Position numbers and translations under genes: made by a program. This document shows positions 54,101 through 64,000 of a stretch of 64,000 bases of DNA, one piece after another. Position 1 is the first letter of the stretch. Each line of letters opens with the position of its first letter. Origin of the DNA: the human T2T-CHM13v2.0 reference genome, Homo sapiens; NCBI RefSeq assembly GCF_009914755.1, contig NC_060931.1; one strand, given 5' to 3'. The notes beneath the pieces are model-generated. The model was not told the DNA's origin and searched no databases. It saw only the letters and a list, made by a program, of their open reading frames with translations.

Positions 54101-55576
54101 TGATTTATGAGTAAAACTGAGAAAAGTTAGATGATGTTTAAAAGGCACAAATAAGCACATTCAACTTAACTCTTAAGTTCTACTCACTAGAAATATTCCA
54201 GAATATTGATCTCTTCTATTTCTCATGCCTGTATGTAAAACTGAAGCTAGTTTTGCATGATATCCAAAATTTTAATGGAAATCCCTCTCTCCATAAATTT
54301 TTTCTGCTCCTCTATATCAAATTAATTTCTCTTATGCACTCACTGAGCAACTTATTAATGATTGTCATTGCATATTCCATAGATTTATGTTTGTCTGCCT
54401 TTCCATCTAGAGGTCCTTGCAAACAGTGACTCCTCTTTGCTCATCTTTCCCTCCTTTGTAGCAATTTCCAATTGCATAAACACAGTAAGAGGTCTTTTTT
54501 AAATTAAAATGTGATTTAACATGGTTGCATAATGTATCCCCTGATTACAGATTTCTTTTATTTTTATAATTTGCTAAGCTGCTAGAAGATCATTACTAAA
54601 TAAAATTAGGGAAAGGAACAATTACTTTATTGTTGCTTATAATATAAACATTAAGGGCAGGCTTAGTATACTAAATTGCTATAATTCTGAAGATAAATCT
54701 ATGAGTTATACTCTTGGCATCAAGATAAACATGCTTGCAAGTATTAACTCTTGAATTCAAATGCTATGTTGAACTCATAAGAACAGTGAATGGCACCACA
54801 AGTTAGATTAAAAAGTTACATTTTTATAAATGTGGAATATTGATAAAAGAAAGAGTAACAAATTGCAAGAGAATTTGTGTGCTTCCTTTCTATGTGAGTC
54901 ACCTGGAAATATCTTCATGTTCTTTGAGTGACGGCAAAAAAACACATCAACCTTTTATTTAAGCTCTTATACTGTGCCGCGTGTTGAAACAGAAGTCAGT
55001 GAATAATACTTATTTTTAACTGCCTTAGAAATTAAGAAAGTATCTAATTTAGATAAGAAAAACTCCATGTATTTCAAAATAAGAGAAAACATAAAGCTTT
55101 TGACAAAAATGTATATAGGAATCTGTGTGTCTATAGACAAAATACACTATATCTTTACTGCAATCATTACGTAAGAAATCTATACTTTTTAATAACCAAG
55201 GAAAACCCTAAAATACTAAAGTGGACTTTTCTTCACAGGTAAAATGCTATTAATTAGACAAATGCATTTACTCAGGCACACCCAAACTTATACATACGTA
55301 GCTTTTGCATGAAATTTAAATATTTAGCACTTCATGAAACTGAAATGTTTAGCACCTCTAAAGTGTAGAATGACCCTTGGAATCAGGATGAAGAAAAGGG
55401 CATGCCACAAATAATGTTTTTCCTGTGGGAAAACATGCTGATGTATCACAATATTTCCATTCATTGGAAAAGAAAACATATGAAAGCATGTGAAAGAATT
55501 AGAAATGATAATTCCCACTATCAATATTCCAACACTTACTTTGGTCCTTATTGGATGAAAAACTTAATTACCAAAA

Positions 55577-55718
55577 TCCAGATATAAATCCTTTCTTTAG
55601 TCATATAAAACCAAAAATTCTTAGTAATTTTATAAGTTCCTTAAGGTTAGTGGAGTCTTGAGTCCAGATATAAATCATTAATTTTATAAGTTCCTTAAGA
55701 TTAGTGGAGTCTTGAGTC
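55577..55718. repeat. Tandem duplication with an internal deletion in the second copy
   Basis: TCCAGATATAAATC at 55577 and 55663; a 40-bp unit at 55625-55664 and 55679-55718 with 1 mismatch. Confidence 0.9.
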
Positions 55719-56029
55719 TTATGAAGATTCAATATAATTTAGAGATTCAAATTTAGGTTCAAATGAGCAATGCTCACTTATCCTGGGCTGATATTATAAT
55801 CTAATTTTGAAATAAAGGAAGTTTTACAAATGTAGCTTCAGAACAAAATGATTTTAAGTCTAGAAGTGTTTCTTTCAAAGTTACAATACATTATATGAAA
55901 CCATTTCATAAACTGACCCTGATTTTGAAGCTCATCTCCTAGGAGGTAACCTGAAAAATCAATTTTAATATAGAATAATTATTAAACCTTTATTCTAAGA
56001 TCTCAGGTATATCTAATCATGGTCTATTT

Positions 56030-56705
56030 GAACAGTAGTGTCAGATCCAAAAGTATCCTCTAATAACAAATAAGATAATTCTCTCCTAGAAACTTCAAAT
56101 TGAATACAACAGTAAGACATATATTCCTTGTACTGAGAATTCTGTATTCAATAAATCAAGCTTATAATTTTGCTTATCTTATCCATATCTTTACTAATTT
56201 TGGTCTTATTAATCTATCAGTGACTGTAAGAAATGTGTTGGAATCTCCTTCCTTGGTAGAAGAATTTGTCCATTTCGTTTTGTAATTCTTTCCAATTTTT
56301 CTTGTATACTTTGAGGTTATTTTTATTAGTGACTTATAAGTTTATAATTGTTATTATAATATTACCAAATCAAGCCCTTTACATGATGGGACTCTGTATA
56401 TAATAATGCTTTTAAGTTGAAGTCTATTTTGTCTTACTTAATATAGTTAACTCAGCTTTCTTTAGATTATTATTTACCTAGTGTATCTTGTTAATCCTTT
56501 ACTTCAAACCTTGCCATGCCGTATGTTTTAGAAGTGTCTTTTATAAATACCATATAGGTAGATTCGTATGAACCCAATCTGAAAATTCAATCTTTTAAAA
56601 AATCACTTACTTTTCTGGGATACTTCAAAGAAAATAGCAAACAGCATACTCCACCACAAAATTCCTTAAATCTCAAAAAACATTCTTTATATGCAAAAAA
56701 AAATT
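56030..56705 (-). mobile_element. Old L1M fragment
   Basis: TATCCATATCTTTACTAATTTT...CTATCAGTGACTGTAAGAAATGTGTTGGAATCTCC. Confidence 0.6.
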
Positions 56706-56711
56706 ATTACC

Positions 56712-57073
56712 TGTTATGGACTGAACTTTTGTGTGCCTCCCAAATTCATACATTAATTTCTTAACCCTCAATGCAATGGTATTAGGAGGTAGAGCCTTTG
56801 GCAAGTAATTAGGTCATGAGGATGGGGTGCTTATGCATGGGACTAGTGCTCCTATAAAAGGGTCCTCAGAGGCCCCTCTCACCCTCTTTCTTCCATGTTA
56901 GGATACAATGGGAAGCTGGCAGTCTGTAACCTAGAGGAGGGCCCTTGCCAGAATTCAACCGTGCTGGCACCTTGATCTCAGACTTTCAGCATCTGGAATT
57001 ATGGCAAATATATTTCTGTTGTTCATAAGACACCCAGTTTATGGTATTTTGGTATAGTAGTGTTGACTAGGAC
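56712..57073 (+). mobile_element. MLT1A-type MaLR solo LTR
   Basis: TGTTATGGACTGAA...GGTATTAGGAGGTAGAGCCTTTGG...CCGTGCTGGCACCTTGATCTCAGACTT...GACTAGGACA. Confidence 0.85.
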
Positions 57074-57079
57074 AACACC

Positions 57080-57952
<873 letters not shown>

Positions 57953-57977
57953 ACATGTAATACATTTAATAAAATAT

Positions 57978-58300
57978 AGCCGGGCGCGGTGGCTCATGCA
58001 TGTAATCCCAGGCATGGGCGGTCGAGGTGAGTGGATCACTTGAGGCCATTCAAGACCAGCCTGGCCAACATGGTGAAACCCCATCTCTACTAAAAACACA
58101 AAAACTAGCCAGGCATGATGGCGCACGCCTGTAATTCCAGCTACTCGGGAGACTGAGGCAGGAGGATGGCTTGAACCTGGGAGGCGGAGGTTGCAGTGAG
58201 CCCTAAGTGGTGCCACTCTACTCCAGCCTGGGTGACAGAGTGAAATTCTGTCTTTAAAAAACAAACAAACAAACAAAAAAAAAAAACAACAACAACAACA
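57978..58300 (+). mobile_element. Alu (S/J-like)
   Basis: Dimeric Alu with small deletions; AAAC/AAC tail. Confidence 0.9.
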
Positions 58301-59457
58301 ATTATATATTACCTCACATCCAGTTCTTAGCCAAATGTCCCTGATTCCTTTAAATGTTTAAGTCACTGTCTACTTCAGGAGTATACATTGCATCAGGCTG
58401 TTATGTCCCTCAGCCCTCTTTAATCTAGAGTAATCTTTTCTATGATACCAATTTGCTGAATAAATATTAACAGTTGTCCTGTACAATGTGCCACATTCGA
58501 GAATCAATAGATTACTTTCTGATGATCTTCCTATATGCCTGTTATGTCCTGGATGTTAGAGATAAAGTGTTCATTCAATTGAAGATCAACAGTTTTGGCA
58601 AGAATTTATCAGAGCTAATGTTTAAAATTTTGTATGGCATCGTATCAGGAGACATATAACGTTTGGGTCCTGCGATTAGGTACTTACTGGTTAGGATAGC
58701 AACAGACTAATCTTTTTTATGTAAAGTTGCACTTTTCCTCTTGTAATCAGAAAATAATCTGTGTGGTGTCATGATGCCACTTTGGCACTATAGGAATGTC
58801 CCATTCTCTTTCATTCTTTTATCACTGTTAGCATATTTATTAGCTTGACATTCTTCTGTAAACTAGAACATTTGCTCATTAGTTGCAGCTATTTATTTAC
58901 TGTGAAATGTAATTCTTATAGCAAATTTACATTGATTATAATTCATTATATTAATTCAACTAATCTGTTATATTTTATTTCTATTTATTGATTTCTATGA
59001 CTTTGTTGCCTCTTTTATGTTGATTTTTATTTTTTAATCTTAACTCCCGCCATATATTTTTTTAATGTATATATTCTGTTATTTCAGTAATTGGTTAGCC
59101 TTTAATTTTACCAACTGTCTTTAACTCAAGAAAGTCTAAAGTTATTACAACCCTCTCCCCAAAAGTTCAAGTACCTCAGACCACTTTAACAGCATCACCT
59201 TGTCTCTCAATTTACCTGCTATGATCATCTGATGTTTTTATCTGCCTTCTGCTGTTGTAAAATCCTACAGATAAGTAACCATTGTCATTATTATTTTATG
59301 CAGCAATGGTATGTTTAGATTACAGACTTTCATATTTCTTTACTCAACATTTCTATTTGGATCTCTGATCTTTTTCTGAAATCATTTTATTTCTGCCTCA
59401 AGAATAACATTCAAAAATTTCTTAAATCTGTTATTACTGGTAATCTCTTAATTTTAA

Positions 59458-59825
<368 letters not shown>

Positions 59826-60089
59826 TGGATACACAATTCTAAGTAGACAGTTGTTTTCTTAGAATGAAACTGTTATTCCAGTGACTTCTAGCTACTCTTG
59901 AAAAGTCAACTGTTAATTTATTGTAGTTTGTTTGAAAATCATCTGTATTTTCTCTCTGGAGCTTGCTAAAGTCATCTCTTTGCATCAATATTCTGTACTT
60001 TCACAAAATTCTACCTAATATGGATTTTATTTATTTGACTTTTGCTTCAATATCTATGGATTCTTTTGAACAAATCCCAGAAAATTATC

Positions 60090-60264
60090 TTTTTTTTTTT
60101 TTTTTTTTTTTTTCCCTAAAGAGACAGGATCTCACCCTGCCACTCAGATTGGAGGCAGTGGCAAGATCATGGCTTACTCCAGACTTAAACTCCTGGTCTG
60201 AAGCGATCCTTGCACCTCAGTCTTCCAAAGTGCTGGAATTATGGTTGTGAGCCACCATGCCCAG
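60090..60264 (-). mobile_element. Monomeric Alu (FRAM or arm-recombined AluJ)
   Basis: Single ~150-bp arm plus poly-T. Confidence 0.75.
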
Positions 60265-63138
60265 TTTGTATGTTGTTTTCTGTTCAAATTTGCCTCTCCT
60301 CATTTTCTCTATTCTCTTCTTTTGGTGCCATGATTAGATATACAATACAACTTCATATCTCTTTAAACATTTTATTTTTCCGTCTAGTGATTCTTTGTAT
60401 TACTTTCTGGATCACTCTGGTCTATCTTCCAGATAACTCATTCTCTCTTAAGTTGCATCTCATTTGCTCTTTAATCCATTCATTGCTGCCCCACTCAATC
60501 TTCATTTTGGGGGAGTGGAGGTTTAATATTATTTGATTTTAATATTATTTGCTTAGTCTAAATAATGTTGATTTTCCCTTGGGTACTTGATGACTTTCTT
60601 TAATCAGTAAGAATCCTGGGAGCCTATCTTAAAGATGTTTCACACCAAAATTTATTTACATTTTTTTCCACCAGGGACCAGGAAGTATCTATCAGTAAAA
60701 TGGCCTTTCTTTGGCCGCTCTCAGGATCCACAGCTAAATGTTGAAATTTTTATGTTAGGAGCCAGCTGCAGATTGGCACCACATAGGCCCTTAGGAGAAA
60801 CTGAACTTCACAGGAATTCACAGCTTGTATTTAGTCTATTATTTTCTCTGTCTTATTTTATAGGGAAGAATGAAGAGGCTCTTTTATATTACCCTTACCA
60901 TTTATAAGCAGGTCGGCAGCAGAATGCAAACTGTTACTTTAATTTTATGTAAATACTAGTTATTTGTATATGAAATAATTTGTTACAATATCTAATTTGC
61001 TTTACTGCCAGTGGCCCAAACTAAATTAACATTTTGATTTAAAAATTATTCAAATATTGCAATCTCAAAATAAAGTACTTTGATACTAATTATTTCTACC
61101 AATATCTAAAATTACTATAAATTATCTTATCCTATTATGATTTATATGTTTCCTGGAATTTTATTTACTTTTTGAAAACACTATCTTTTCCCCTGTGGAA
61201 TTATAAATGGGAATATCCTTGGGCAATTTAACAGTTATAAAAATTTTTTTAACTATACATAGTAAAGGCAAATAATCTTTAAACAGCTAAACCTATATTG
61301 ACACCTCAAAAGTTTGCATTTAATTACTTCTTTTACACTAGCAGTTTTATCTATGCCAATAAGTACTACTGTAAAAAAATGGCAATGAGCTCTTACTATG
61401 GAAGATCGTGAGGACATAAACCATTTCTGTCTCTCTCATTGTTTTGTTTTTTAATTGAGATATAGTCAAGAGTTATTTTGAGGTTACAGAAGGCAATTGA
61501 GATATTTTTTGGATCTTTAGTTATTTTTAGTTCCACCAAGTGAGTAAAGCATCAGTCTTTTGGCATTAAAAGAATTAGAGTTCTGTGGAAAGAGAATGTG
61601 TCCTTACCATCAGTAGAATTAATTACAAGGAATAACAAAGAGAATCAGTGTCAGAATTTGGGCTCCGTCTATTAATAGTCTTGAAATACATTTTAAACAA
61701 CTGATTTTCCTCTTTCTGAATTTTTGCACAATGAGATTTTTTTGAGGCCAAAATCCGCTGGCTTTCACATTTATTTCATTGCTACTTGACTGAACTAGCT
61801 GAAATTTTAAGTGTGTTTCTTGTTAAAGGGAAACTTAAGTCAGGCACATTTGAGCAGATTTATTTTAAAAAGGATATTTTCACCTCTTCCTAAAGCAATA
61901 TTCCAAGCTCAGTAACTGACATTCAACAGATGACTAATGAAGGTCTTATAGTAGAAATTAGCCTCTTCCCTACCTCCTGGATTCAGTTACCCTACTGAGA
62001 CTCTCTCAATCTGCCCTTTCCCCTCAACTGGCTCCCTGGAGAAAGCTGGAAGCAGGTGCTAGGAATCTTGTCATTAATTCAGATCAACAATGTCAGTTAA
62101 TTAAGTGGAAGTTCTTTTACCCAGACTCTAAAGGCAAAGATGACTAAGAATCCAAAATGATTAAAATAAAAAATAGTTTTCTTTCCACCTCTGAAGTCAA
62201 TGTCCTTCTTCGTAACCATATTCATTACATTTTCTTAGGTTTAACTCTTTAAACATAAATAAGTATGGCCAAATATATTTGATGAGATACTTTAAATCTA
62301 TACATAGATTTTACATATATAATCTGTATTCTTATATGTAGAATTTCATGAAAACAGTGCTTTCCAACACAAATTCCCCACATCATTTCTTCCACAGGAT
62401 GTGACTAGGTGGATCTTTGGAGGAAAAAGATATTGTAGAGCAAAATAATGTCAGAAATACTGGGTTTATTAAGGATGTCATTGTTGCAGACCTTTACAAA
62501 GCCTATAATATGCCATATAATGTGTATTACAGTATATCATAGGAGATGGATACATTGCATGGTGTTTCATCTATATATGATATACATATAACAATAGTAT
62601 TATTTAAACATAGACTATTTTTTAAATTTTTAAGCATTTTTCAGCAACAGTCTTTATAAGACAAGAAAATTCTGAAATGTCCTTTTTCAGAAGGTTTTTA
62701 TGCAACATTTTTGCCCAATACATATTGTTAACTCTATTTCTTTCTTTTTAATTTTTTTTCTTGATTATTATTCTGTGAATGCCACATTAAAAGGCTGGAG
62801 AGGTTTCAATTTCCACATTTCCCTTGGTGCTAAGACAAACTCTTTTCTGATATGTGTGCTTGTCAAGGCTGAACTGTCCACTTTATTTTCCAATCTGTTT
62901 TCAAGTTTTTATCAATTTGACATCAAAGCAAAAATAATAAAAGGAAAAATTTCCCGTAGCATTTAATTGAATACTATGAAATTCCTTTGAAGAGTAACCT
63001 GGGGCTTATGTGCAAAATAAAAATAAGCATCCCTTCCTCCAAACACTACTTCCATCTGTTGAAATGCAGTGATGTGCTGAAACATGAAACCTCACTGCTG
63101 TCTTCTGGAAAAGTGTCCTGTGAAGTGAATCATGCAAA

Positions 63139-63185
63139 GTGAATGGTGCCCCTAGGGTTGTGCAGTGCACAACCTGCAATGCTAT
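63139..63185 (-). mobile_element. MER91-type (hAT-Tip100) terminal fragment
   Basis: GTGAATGGTGCCCCTAGGGTTGTGCAGTGCACAACCTGC. Confidence 0.6.
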
Positions 63186-64000
63186 GGAATGCTATGGAAC
63201 AAAATTAAAAGCAGTGTGAAGTGTCCACAGGATTCTAACAAAGGTTTTACTTAAGCTCACAGTCTCCTCTGTTGTGAGAGAGTACTGCACACACACAGAA
63301 ATCCAAAGTCTGATTGTCCAAATTTGTCATTTTTAGCTTTTACTTTATATTTACTCTTAACCAGTCCTTTCACTTTGAGCCCCATATTATCATCTATACC
63401 ATTTAGAATACAAACCTTTTATTTGTTGGTTAGTGCTGTCTGATTTTATTCTACAAACTCATTCTACAAACTCTACTCTACAGACTCATTCCCTGGAGTC
63501 CAGTAAAAGGGAGCTTATTGTTTTCCTTGATGAACCCTTTCAGTTTAGAGCTTGAGGCTCATGATAATCACATGCCAACGGACAATTTACCTATGAAAAA
63601 TTACACTTTATAGCACTTTTTAAAAAAGATATGTCTATTCGATTTTGAGCCTGTCACAGTATTAAAAACATATTTTGCAATGCACTCCATGTCATCAGTC
63701 AGAATTCATCTGATCAAATTAACACAGGCTTAGAAAGTTCTTACTATCATACCTTTAGACCACGTGCTGCTGACCTAGTCTAAATTACAGGTACAGAATG
63801 TTTTCAGAGTTGCATGGTATAGCTATGTTTTGAGGGGTGGATGGAAAGAATTCCCTTGGTAATTTCCATTGTGTGTTTTAACTTGAGCTGTGTACTCCTA
63901 AAATGTTACCATTTGCTTCTCTGAGTTACTTCATCTCTGTGCCCCGCTTTCCATTATAGTATTAGTAAGATTCTAATATGATTGTTTGTTTTCATCTCTT

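Noticed and set aside
63156-63176. Palindrome GGTTGTGCAGTGCACAACC as a novel operator or terminator
   Set aside because: Explained as the internal palindrome of a MER91-type DNA transposon end.

Overview
AT-rich, CpG-poor primate (human-like) intergenic or intronic DNA dominated by interspersed repeats. I can support no protein-coding exon, RNA gene or CRISPR array. The ORF-track hits are transposon relics (Alu, L1 ORF1/ORF2, Tigger1 transposase, retroviral RNase H) or short chance frames. Main structures: (1) a decayed two-LTR ERVL-class provirus on the minus strand (~1843-7774) with an RNase H remnant and nested L1, Alu and THE1 insertions; (2) a ~1 kb, largely repeat-free block (~20900-21850) with the motif make-up of a conserved developmental enhancer; (3) a nested L1/MST/Alu/young-L1 stack followed by a near-complete Tigger1 (26.7-31.8 kb); (4) a near full-length L1PB inside an older L1, with an apparent ~100-bp 3' transduction (43116-49685). 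Several small duplications, a perfect 34-bp palindrome and a dispersed 43-bp direct repeat are not explained by the repeat calls. I found no convincing novel multi-gene system. Subfamily names come from my recollection of consensus sequences and need RepeatMasker/Dfam confirmation; boundaries of old elements are approximate.
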